Source of the DNA: Octopus vulgaris
Lineage: Eukaryota
Reading direction: 5' to 3'
Assembly: GCA_951406725.2 (NCBI GenBank)
Contig: OX597833.1
Location: 73,098,001 to 73,162,000 of the forward strand
Length of the DNA: 64,000 bases
Below the pieces are notes generated by a model. It made no database searches and was not told where the DNA came from. It saw only the letters and a program-made list of their open reading frames with translations. Shown here one piece after another: positions 1-11,900 of the stretch; within the stretch, counting starts at the first letter, position 1, and each line of letters opens with the position of its first letter. The position numbers were made by a program, and so were the translations under genes.

Positions 1-797
1 AAGGAAGAGATGAAAAAACAAGCCCAGAAGAAGAGCAAAGAAGAATGGGAAGAAAAACCGATGCATGGCCGATACCCATGTAGAGTGAACAAACCAGACG
101 TAGAAAAATGAGACACTCATGAATGGATGAAGAGCTCAGGACTGAAGGCTGAAATGGAAGGTTTTATCATAGCAGCACAAGATCAAAGCTCGGCAACCAG
201 GGCTTACCACAACAAAATAATGAACGATGGCACTGACCCGAAATGCAGGATGAAACAGTGGACCACATCTTAACTGGATGCACAGCGCTTGCAAAAACCG
301 AATATATTCATAGACACGATTGAGTAGCACAGTATATCTATTGGAAGATATGTAAACACTACCAGCTTCCAACTTCAGGAAGATGGTACCAGCATAAACC
401 TGAAGCTGTGACTGGAAAAGATGATGTAACAGTAATCTGGGACATGCCAATCAACACCGATAAAGAAATCAAGGCAAACAGGCCGGATATAATCATCAAA
501 GATGGGAAGAATAAGAAATGCTTAATGATAGATGTGACAGTACCATCAGAGAGAATTGTGTCCATTAAAGAAGTTGAGAAGTCATTTAAGTACAAAGACC
601 TAGAAATAGAAGTGACCAAGATGTGGGGAATGAAAAGCAGCATAGCACCAGTGGGGATTAGAGCATTAGGGCTAATTAAAAAGGACCTTGATAAGCAGCT
701 CAACAAACTCCCTTGCAGTGTTAACGTGGGAGAACTTCAGAAAATAGTGTTGCTAGATTCAGCACACATTTTACCACGTGTACTCTCCATGAGATGA
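1..797 (+). mobile_element. Decayed 3' part of an R4/Dong-like non-LTR retrotransposon (zinc-knuckle region plus restriction-like endonuclease)
   Basis: Translation gives SSGLKAEMEGFIIAAQDQ, then WDMPINTDKEIKANRPDIIIKDGKNKKCLMIDVTVP...KYKDLEIEVTKMW, typical of REL-endonuclease LINE C-termini; frameshifts and stops lie upstream of ORF 408-797. Confidence 0.85.
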
Positions 798-2026
798 GGA
801 CCTGCTGTGACCCTAGGGTCAAGGGATGACTCCGGTTCAACAGAAGACAATGGACCATATTTTATTTAAAATAAATCCTTTCTGCTATAGGCCTGAAATT
901 TTTGTGGGTGGGGTCTATTCAATTACATCAACCCCAATGTGTAAGTGGTATTTATTTTATTAACCCTGAATGGTTGAAAGGTAAAACTAAGATGGATGAA
1001 ATGGCTTTGTCCGGCCAATGATTCTGTCAGGTGGCTGCCTTCAACTAAATATTAATAATTGTTAGCATACTGATTCACCTATTCTGAAGTGGGTCTCTAG
1101 TTTGGCTGAGAGTGTAGTTTAGATGTGTTTGAAAACAAAGACAAAAAAAGGCAAAACAAACAATGGCTTGAGGGCAGCTGATATAAAAGTGGGGGTGGGA
1201 CTGATGATGAAACTGGGGGGGGGTAGCAGCTGTCCTAGATATTTCTTTGTATGATTATACACCATCATCATCCTCATTTGGCTGTTGGCATTTTAAAAGG
1301 ACATTGAATGAATTACGTGACTGTAATGTATGTGTGTGCTAAATGCACACACACACACACACACACATATCTATTTAGCTATTTATTTAAATCAGTGCAT
1401 TTAAATATAACAAAGCATTGCTGTTAGTGAAATAATGTAAGCACATTCCTTCTGTGCTTTGGTGTACAGAAATTATGTCTACTTGTGTGTGTGTGTGTGT
1501 GATTAATTTCATTCAAATGAAACTAAAGCTTCATACATTGAATATATTTTTGCAGTTGTTTGTGTATCTAAACCTAGACAAAAGCCAGCCCTAGAAACAG
1601 GACAGATTGATTGTCAGGGACATTGATTTATCTTGCATTATCAGTGAAGAATTTATCATAAATTAGGGATTAGGTTCATGAGAATAAGACTAAACAGACC
1701 CAAAGGTGCAGAGTAAGCTTCAAAGGGAAGACAAGGAAGCAGAAAAACCCCTTGGCTGGGGCCCAGGTTCAAAGGAGGAAATGGTAGGAACCTGTATCTT
1801 GATCATCTGGGAGTTTCTACAGGCACAAGAATAAAGTTCATAGCTCCTCTTCTTCCAGAGGGTCTAGTGGTTGGTCTGAACTTCGATGAAGGAAGGTATA
1901 GCCCCTTAGGTATAATTCCATGTAAATCCAGGCAGTATTTTGAATGTTGCATTCATGTTGAAGGAATAGAATTAAGTCAAGGAAGGAATAGAATTTATAT
2001 ATATATAAAATCATCGGTTAACATCC

Positions 2027-2072
<46 letters not shown>

Positions 2073-2082
2073 CTTCTTCTCC

Positions 2083-3465
2083 AGTCACTATCAGAACTGG
2101 AGGAGAAGTTTCAGGTGTGGAGGCAAGGATCAGAATTGAAGGGCCTTAGAGTCAACCTTGCTAAAACCAAAGTCCTAATAAGTAGGAAGGTAGACAAATC
2201 ACAAATGCCTTCAGGTAGATGACCCTGCTCGATCTGTAGAAAAAGTGTAGGTAGAAACTCTATAAGATGCACCAAGTGTAAGCTATGGACACATAAGAGG
2301 TGCAGCAATGTCAAAGGAAAGCTAACTAGGAAGATAGTTTTTGTATGTGGCAGATGCTCAGGAGCAATAAACACTGAAAATGCTCTGAGACCAACTTCCG
2401 CCACTTTCCAGGGAGAAAAACTAAAAGTAGTTGATAGCTTCCGTTACCTAGGTGACTAAGTCAGTAGCGGGGGCGGGTGTGCTGAAAGTGTAACTGCTAG
2501 AGTAAGAATAGCCTGGGCAAAGTTCAGAGAGCTCTTACCTCTGCTGGTGACAAAAGGCCTCTTGCTCAGAGTAAAAGGCAAACTGTATGACGCATGTGTA
2601 CGAACAGCCATGCTACATGGTAGTGAAACATGGGCCGTGACTGCTGAGGATATGCGTAAGCTCGCAAGAAATGAAGCCAGTATGCTCCGATGGATGTGTA
2701 ATGTCAGTGTTCATACCTGACAGAGTGTAAGTACCTTGAGAGAAAAGTTGGACCTAAGAAGCATCAGTTATGGTGTGCAAGAGAGACGTTTGCGCTGGTA
2801 TGGTCATGTAGCGAGAATGGATGAAGATAGTTGTGTGAAAAAGTGCCACACCCTAGCGGTTGAGGGAACCTGTGGAAGAGGTAGACCCAGGAAAACCTGG
2901 GACGAGGTGGTGAAGCACGACCTTCGAACATTAGGTCTCACTGAGGCAATGACTAGTGACCGAGACCTTTGGAAGTATGCTGTGCGTGAGAAGACCCGGC
3001 AGGACAAGTGAGACCATAACTCGTGGCCTCTACCTGGGATGTAGCCAGCCCACTTATGCATACCTTTCCTTCTTGGGACACAAAACTCTGCTTGCGAAGA
3101 CCTGTTGAGGCAAGTGAAATCGAAATCGATCAAAATCAATGGAAATTGTAGTTGTGATACCAGTGCCGGTGGCACATAAGAGAACCATCCAAACATGGCC
3201 GTTGCCAGTGCTGCCCCAACTGGCCTCCGTGCCGGTGGCATGTAAAAAGCTCCAATCGATCGTGGCCGTTGCCAGCCTCGTCTGGCACCTGTGCCGGTGG
3301 CACGTAAAAAGCACCCACTACACTCACGGAGTGGTTGGCGTTAGGAAGGGCATCCAGCTGTAGAAACACTGCCAGATCAGACTGGGCCTGGTGCAGCCTC
3401 CTGGCTTCCCAGACCCCAGTTGAACCGTCCAACCCATGCAAGCATGGAAAGCGGACATTAAACAA
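2083..3465 (+). mobile_element. 5'-truncated RTE-clade LINE (RT C-terminus plus 3' UTR)
   Basis: One frame: GLRVNLAKTK...FRYLGD...MLHGSETW...RLRWYGHVARM...RGRPRKTW, with three in-frame stops and no frameshift; the 3' UTR carries the ggttggcgttaggaagggcatccagctgtagaaa motif shared by many copies in the window. Confidence 0.92.
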
Positions 3466-3871
3466 TGATATATATATATATATAATCATCATTTAATGTC
3501 ATATGTATAAAAACATTCATTACATAATTGCTGTTCCCTTGTCATTCATTTAATTTCACATAAAAGGATCCAAAAAAAGAATTAAGCACATTTTTAATGA
3601 CCAGTTCCAACAGTTTCTGTACCACCGAGTCTTTAACACCATTCACGCAAAAGTTCAATGAGGGAGGTTACGTAATATTTACAGTTTTAAACAGTCGAGT
3701 GACACATCATCAGACTTGCATCAAAAGATGTACTCTTACACTGTGCGTCTGCCAAGTGTTGTATTTTGCTGTTAGGAGGAAACAAGAAATATAAATAAAG
3801 ATAAAAATAAAGTTGTAAAATGATGGACACGATAGACAATAGCAACACCATAACAGATAAGCATACACATA

Positions 3872-4364
3872 TGTGTTATAAGATTAAAGAATATATTTAA
3901 GTCGTTATGTTAGAAAAACGTTATAAAATTATGTGTACAGTAACATAGTTTTTGGAGAAATAACCAGTTTCGTATTTTCTTTTCAAATTTCTCAAATTTC
4001 TTTACCTACATGTTGTCATGTAGCGAAGACATGACACGATGTAGGTCAAGAAATTTGAGGAATTTGAAAAGAAAATATGAAACCGGTTATTTCTCCAAAA
4101 ACTATGTTACTATATCACGGAGATGTACTTGCATAGCAAGTGACCTGATCTGAGATCGTGTGCTGGAACGAAAACAATTTATAAGCCATTTAAGAAACAC
4201 ACAAAAACCATTAGATTCACTTCAACATTTAAATTTAATTTGTCAAAATCTTAATTGGCTTATAAACACCTTCCACGCTGCAATTGTTTATGTTACTATA
4301 CACAAAATTTTATAACATTTTCCTAACATAATGACTTAAATCTATTCTTTAACCTCATAACACA
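3872..4364. repeat. Long imperfect palindrome (arms about 150 bp, centre 4022-4028) interrupted by a 174-bp insert
   Basis: 3872-4021 is reverse-complementary to 4029-4114 plus 4301-4364; tatgttactata is duplicated at 4103-4114 and 4289-4300; a diverged single-arm relative lies at about 16370-16530. Confidence 0.85.
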
Positions 4365-4554
4365 AGCCTTCTGTATTTTTTTCACTCTTTTTTTAATTTT
4401 ATATATATATATGTGTGTATATATATATATACACACACACACTTTTACATATATTTGTAACTATTTATATATATAGATATTTGCATACATATATAACTAT
4501 AGATAATATATATACGCATACACGCGTATATTTATATGTACACACATACACACA

Positions 4555-5313
4555 CACACGAATGTGAGTCGGTGTGGATGCGAGAATGAATCTAAGAATG
4601 CTTTGTGTGCCTCGAAACGTCGTCGGAGCCGGGGGGTGTGATGCTGAATACATCTCCACCCCATCCTCTTTCGCAACTTAAAAACAGTGTCGGATGTGTT
4701 GGGGATGCTGGTGAACGATGGATGATGACAGGATTAACCGCCAACTCGTGATTTCATTTCTCTAGAAACTATGCGCAGCGATGGCGGGTGATGTGACTCT
4801 GCCAGATATTTAAAGTGTTGGATGAAAAGCTGCCATCATCTTTCACCTCCCCTTCTCATCACTCACACTGCACCTCTCTCTCTCTCTCTCGCCTGCTCTC
4901 CCTCCCTCCCTCTCATTCGCTTGTATTGTTCGCAGCCTTAATACATTCAGTCAGTGCGTGGCTCTTGTTTTTGTCTTATTTCGTGCTGCTCTATTTCTGC
5001 TCGTCTTCCATTCTGGATATATATACACGTATATATATATACCAGATCTTATCGTCTCACGGCCAGCCAGCCTCAAACGTCGCTGTCTGTCCCTGTGTAA
5101 CACCTTGTCATCACTCCACATGGCTACGTCCGTATTATAAATGCATAATATGTTGTTATGTATAGACACATAAATAATGTAAATCTATGGATGTGTATAA
5201 AGTGTGTCTGCCTGAGAATGTGTGTGTGTGACAATGTGTGTTAGCTTCTGCTGTGATAAGATAAATACAACCCAAGGAGTACCTTCGTTAAATTAACCAG
5301 TTTTTCAGCTGGG
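4555..5313 (+). promoter_or_regulatory. Putative promoter/5' UTR region of the CLC gene
   Basis: Locally CpG-enriched sequence with CT-rich tracts directly upstream of the proposed start codon in an otherwise CpG-poor window; the TSS cannot be placed from sequence. Confidence 0.45.
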
Positions 5314-5416
5314 ATGGCCACCTTCGGTGGTAATGATGGCGAAGGTGGTGGTGGTGACCACGAAAACGATGACTTCAGCTCCATTCAGGATATTATGTCG
5401 AATGTCAAAGGTTACG
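5314..5416 (+). CDS. CLCN3: CLC exon 1 ([34 protein letters not shown])
   Basis: ATG in good context (gggATGG), open frame to a phase-1 donor G|gttagt that matches the phase of exon 2; no homology support for this N-terminus. Confidence 0.7.
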
Positions 5417-5907
5417 GTTAGTAAATTCTATTAAATTCTAAAGCCTTCATCCCTTCTCCGCTTTTGGCTGAAGAGAAAATCGCAAGTGTGTGTGTGTGTG
5501 TGTGTGATTATCGAAGGAAGTGTCCGAAAGTTCTTGTCTTTTTGTAGTTTTGTATTCAAATGTCGCCGAGACCAGCTGAACCTTTCGTTCTTCTTGGGTC
5601 GATAGAATAAGGGTCAAGGAGTGGGGTCGATGTAACAGGACCACCCCGAAAATTGAGTCAGAAACGACGGTTGTTATTGTTACTAGATCCACCTTCTTTT
5701 CTATCACTTCTGTCTCTGCTCGAATTTAAAATCGCTGTTGTTAACTCTAAACCTTCCTTCCTTCCTTTTTTGTGGTCTTCTAAATCTGAGGATACATTTT
5801 AGAATATTAAAATAGTAAATGAATGTTTGGTCGGGTGAGAGGAGTCAGCTCCCACCAAAAGTGAGTGTGCCTCACTAATAATGTATCAGTTGAAAGATCT
5901 CTCTCTC

Positions 5908-5970
<63 letters not shown>

Positions 5971-8900
5971 TTACGTCTACTTTTTCGTACTTGTATGGAT
6001 CAGATGGGATTGACACAAACTTAGGTCTTTCGATTGACCAGTTCCTGCCGAGCCACCTCTGCACATGGAAAATGTGCGTTGAATGGTGATAGCGTGCGTG
6101 TGTGAAGCATGAGTCTGGCATTGTTGTAAACTAAGAATCCGACCATGGGGGACTTGTCTGACCCTTCCTAGCATGTGTCGAACATAAAAATCACACACAC
6201 ACGCACGCACATGAGTGCAGCTGACCCCTCTCATAATTGCCATTCTTCTAACGCACGCATGCAACATGCAAAAGCAGATGTGTGTGTGTGCGTCGACCTA
6301 AAAGCTCAGAAGTTGTCGAGTGACGACGTTTGGACTGACATTTATGTCATTTAAGAAAACTGGTTCATATTATTTATTCTCTCTTATCTTCCTCTCTCAC
6401 CTGTTAGGTTTTTCCCTCTTTATGTAAGAGCAGTATTTGATGTTTACTTAAAACATAAAAAGTCTCCGTATTGTGATTGTGTGTATAAATTGATGTTTAC
6501 ATAGGAATATTAGTTGATGAGACAGGGCTGTGTGTGTATGTATGTATATATATAATTTGTATGTAGATAGATAGATATAACAGCACACAGTCTCACATGT
6601 TGCTTTTCATATTTGCTCACAATGTGTTTAAACATGGAATGCATGGGCAGCTGTGTGTGTGTGGGGGGGACATTCCTTACGTTCACGTATGTTTAGGTTC
6701 TTGAGGTTGCAAAAAATAACCTTTTATATTTTATCAATTTTAAAGCAAAAAGTGTCTCGGATTTTAACCGTGTGAAGGTTGAGTGTGTTTTCTGAATAGA
6801 TTTTTATTGTTTTAGCCATTTCTGGCCTGAGCTTTATTGTAATATTGGGAGATGTTTTGAGAAACTTGTTCAATTACCTGATAGTTGAGAAAGCTTACAG
6901 CGGATGTTTGGGACGATTGAAATGTCTGTGAGTATAATTGTTTCCTTCAGCGTGTGATAGAGGTTGGAAATGGAAATGGAAAAGGGCCAAAGTAGTGTTT
7001 AACTTAGTGAGATGGACGTCAACAGTTATTTTGCTAACTTAAGTCCTTGCAAAAACTTCAGTTGCACATGGATTAATGCTGTTTAGGATTAAGAGATTAT
7101 CATCCTGCAACATAATTTACTCTAATATTTCTTTGCAATGTGGAACATCTTTTGCCTTAGATCCCCTTAGCATGAAACACAGGCAAACCTCTTCTCTCTG
7201 CCTGTGTGACCTTTATTTTTTTTTCTTGCAACATGCCACCAATCTTTGACTCCTTCTTCCATTCTTTCCTGGCTTTTCATTTAGTTTCAATGGCTCCACC
7301 CATGCTATTAGTCAACCATCATGTTGCCCTTGTTTACTTGTATCTCTGCCACAGATCCGATCTGGTCTGTAGCTTTCAGCAAACTATTTCATTGAAATAA
7401 CCTGTTGTCTTCTGTGTTATACCTTTTTTTATCTTCTCGTTTCATCTTTCTTCTTATTCGTCATCCAGAACCACTCTGAACATAAATACAGCAAAAGAGG
7501 GCTTTGCACCGTCCTTCTCCAAACTATCTTTTTGTCTCTCTGCCCATCCAACTCTTATTCTGAAGTCACTAATTAGTTGGCCATATTGGGTCACTGGAGG
7601 AACTGACTTCATATTTCCAACTATCAGTCTGTTTTGTATCCAAATGAAAAGGAAATTTATCTGGCTTGTATGTTCACCTGATTAGAAGGTGATTAATTAG
7701 CTGGCTGGTTCATTTGCATTTCAGGTCTCAAGGTGCTGCTCAATATGTTACCAGCTTTGATAATGATGTCACTGTCATGTTAACAAGGTGATTCTCCAAA
7801 AAGCTTCATAGAAATGGTTCTTTTGCTCGTTAGTCAGTCCCAATTGTGGTGCTTAAACTGCCATTGTCTTGTCTAAGCTTAATTATTCACTTACTCTTCT
7901 TCAGCTTCATTATTTATTTTTCAGCAATCAATATGTCTACTAAACCAGCCTTATTATCTATTCAGAAGAATTTGTTCCAATGTTCTTCACCTGTGAGAAG
8001 TTGGAGTCCCTCTTCCATCTTACCTCTTGCACACAGCACACTTCTGCTAGCCCCTATTCTTACATCCCTGTAATTCCCACCAGACCTAACATTAATAGTT
8101 GCAGCCTTGAAAGAGTTTTTTTTTTTTTCACTTTATCAGATTATCCCATAGCGAGAGGGGTTGATGCACAATGTCTGTTTCCTGTGCTTGAAATGGAATG
8201 TCAGTCGAGGGGTTCTCGTACATATCTGTATGTTTCCACTTAACTACTACATACACCACTGGCATGGTGAGTGTTAGTCCTGTATACACAATTAGCGTTT
8301 GTCATTAGTCACCAGTGCATCTGGTTTTATGGAAATCATACTGATGTTGGGGTGAGATTTAATGTGTTGGAGGTTATCATTGTTTATAACTGTCTCCAGC
8401 GAGAGTCTTGAAGCAGCAGTAGTTGGTTAAGTTACCTTTCTTGGGCAATGCACCAGTTATTAACCTGAAATTTGCCTTTTGGGGGAGCAGGATACACTTT
8501 CATGCATTTCCAATGATTGAGGAGATCCCTGTATAGCAAGAGGGAGGGAAGAGTTTGGTGCATTATTTGAAGTTAATGGGAGGAGTAGCATCAGGACTGG
8601 AAACCTTGTCGGTTTGAATTGATTGAAGATACTTTAGCACTTGGCATATGTGGGGATGGGAAGGTGGCAAGAGATACAGTTGGAAGCTATTTACCATCTG
8701 CATACAGTGTGGAGCTGGTTGCAAAGTGAGCAGCAATGGTGGGGGGCTTTCTCCGTAGGTTTATTGTGTAAAGAACTATCCTTATTGTAGAGGGAAAGAG
8801 GATTCTGCAAAATTAGTGGAAATCAAAAGGACCAATTGCAATTTGGAAGATGAGATAACCTGAGAGTAATGTGATACATAAAGTCTATCTTTTATGGTTT

Positions 8901-11900
8901 GGATAATGTCCTTGCAGTTGTTGCTTTGCTGAATAACCTAGGATTGCAGTTAGGCTTTTGTTGTGTGGGGTGCATGGTGAGACATACTTAAAGGGACAGG
9001 GTTGGACTTGCACTTAACTGTTTCTGAGGAGTCAGAAGTGAAGTACATATGCTACCGGGAGTTGTTGGTATAAAATTGTAAAAACTGATCAGCCATGAGC
9101 TTGATGAAGCATAGGGTGCAAGAAGTATGGGGTGCTCTTGTAGTAAATGGATAATAGGTGTGGAGAAGGTTGCAGTTTGGTATAGATATGGAAGTTAAAA
9201 AGAGATGAATTTTGTGTGGGTGTTGATCTGGAATGTATGTGGCGGAGGATAAATACAGTTGGAAATAAGCACCTCTGTCATATAATGCCATTCCTTTCCT
9301 ATAGTTTGTTTAAAACTCATCTGGCCATAGGGAAATATTATCTTTCTTGGAAATTGGTGAGGATTGACATCAACAAGGACAAATGGCAATGGAAAATCTA
9401 CTTCAATACACATCGTCTGATCCATAAAAAAGCAAGGAAAAATTGATGCTCAGACAATAATGACGGTGTTTGTGTGTATATATATATATAGAGAGAGAGA
9501 GAGCGAGAGAATTTAACTAGCATACAGTGATAGTGGATACCTACTGCTGATGAAGTGCAAACCTGCTGAAATCATGTAATCTAACAGTTCCAACACTGGA
9601 GCTGGATATGTTTGTCCACTGCTGTTCTATGCTTTTTACCACTATGCATTTACACAAGATGCTTTCTCAAAACAGATATTATGGTTTATGGCATTCTTAA
9701 AGTATATCTACATTAAGTAAGATATAAACATTGCTATTCAGTTCCAATTCTGCTTCCATTAATAATTGTGTGTATGTATGTATACACACACACACACAGC
9801 TGTGTATGTATATATGTGTCTCTGCATATATGTGCTTGTGTCTTGCTATTTCATCATCAACACTGTCATCATCAGTCTGTTTGACACACAGTGGGGTCAG
9901 TTAAGGAGGCGAGTGTAGGTTCCATCCAACCGCCTCTCAAAGAAGCTTGAGAGGCGGTTGGATGGAACCTACACTCGCCTCCTTATGAGAGCTCAAAATC
10001 TCTCGTGGAGGCGCCATCCAACTAAAATGCAAATATATGGGAAATTACCACCTGTGTCATCTCTTGTGAAAGGTAGGAGAGTCCAGTTTGCTGGACATTG
10101 TTGTAGAGCTGAAAAAGAAGTAATTTCTATTCTCCTCTGGAAGCCATCTACTCGCAACACCAGAGGGCGCACACTCTCCTACCCTGATGTAATCTCCAGG
10201 GATACAGGCATCCAGCAACAGGACCTCCGTAATGCTATGATGGACCGTGAAGTCTGGCGCAACATGGTAAATTCCATTGTCTCGACCACGGTCGAACAAT
10301 GATGATGATGGGGTCAGTTGCTACATGCTTTTTGCCCCCCCCCCAAACATGGAGGTGAACAACATCTTACTATATGTTGGGTGGGTAGGTGTATTGAATA
10401 ATGGTTTGATTCAGGTCAGTATGACATAGGATACATCCATCTCATCAAATATCAGAAGAAAAGTGACTTCTGCAGGTCAGCTCAGGTCATGTGCTAATGC
10501 TGTTGAAAGAACACCTATTATTTTTGTTATTTTTAGGCCCATGCGCTCGGATAGGATATTGTCAAAATGCTAGCAATGTTTGGATTCACTAATAAGTTCA
10601 TATATATGGAGGATACTCTATCCTCAGACCCAAAGATTGTCAGAAAGAGAAAGATACCTGGCTCAATCCCTCATTCAACGTAGAAGTTTCTGCTAACAGT
10701 CACTAATTAAGACCATTTCCCTGGAACTCATAGGTATTATAAACTCTTCAACACCCACAATATTATGGTCAGTTACTCCTGCCTAGACACCATCACTCAC
10801 TACAATAGATCCAAAGACAACATATATAGTCTCCAATTTGCACCCCCAGCATAAAACTGATGAAATCTTACCAACTGCCCACTGGGAGGATCCTGTAGAG
10901 TCACCTTCACATGATCAGATAGAAACACAAGACACTACATCAACAAGACAATCATTGATTTTTAAGAGAAGGTATACATAGCACATGCACTCCTTCAGCT
11001 GCAGGTATAGAGAAAACTTCATTTCCCTGTTTCACTACCTCTGGAGACTTTGTAACCATCAGAATGACTTCCTCAACATCAAATGGAATATCACTGATAA
11101 GGCTCACCCCCTTACTCACCTGGGACTTGGATTTGCCAACTCTGTCTCTACAAGAAACTATATACACTCCACTGACCTGTAGTATCTGTCAACAGGAAGA
11201 ATGAACTATTTCGTTATTATCACCAGATGTTTGCCCTGTTAACGGCTGCTGGTGGCTTGAATTTCATGTCACTGGCAGCTGACAGTCTGAATAGATTATC
11301 TTACACCCAGTTGGCCCATGCACAAGAGCAGGATATTTAATCCCTACCACCTATATAAACACATGGGTTAGAGAATAACTGGTGTTGCTTTCATAGCATT
11401 AACACTATGCGACCTGAGCTGACCAAAAGTAACTTAATACCTAGAAACCATCTTGAACCTCTTCCTCTTCTCCCAATGTCTGATGAGAAAAACCTGTCCT
11501 TTGCACCCGCAAAACATTGAGCTTTTAGCATTCCAATCTCAGATGTAAGGCTTATTTAGTCACATTGGTTTGAATCATTCGTTATGTTGTAGCTTTGAGA
11601 TTTTGATGATGTCATTGTTCATTTGTAGAATGATAGTGTAGGGTAGGTGTGATAGGCAGGATCTGGTCAATTTGAACATAAAACTGGTAGAATATTTAGG
11701 TCAGCTAAGACCAGTTTAAATGCTAAAAGCTTAAGAAATCATTTGGTGGGGTGAGTCAGACGGTTGTTAATCATTTATGCAACTCTTACTAATATCTCCT
11801 CAGCCTGTAGAAGTCTCGTGTAGGTGTTCCAAAGCTTATACAGTCTGTTTCTCACTAATTCCAAGCAGGTGTTAAGAACTAAGCTCTGTTCGTGGTGAGG

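Noticed and set aside
8400-9440. Possible minus-strand Penelope-like remnant
   Set aside because: Only faint peptide resemblance; too degraded to support without a homology search.
9548-9575. CTGATGA...GAAA hammerhead-like core (a similar one lies on the minus strand near 14615-14646)
   Set aside because: Stems I to III cannot be formed convincingly.
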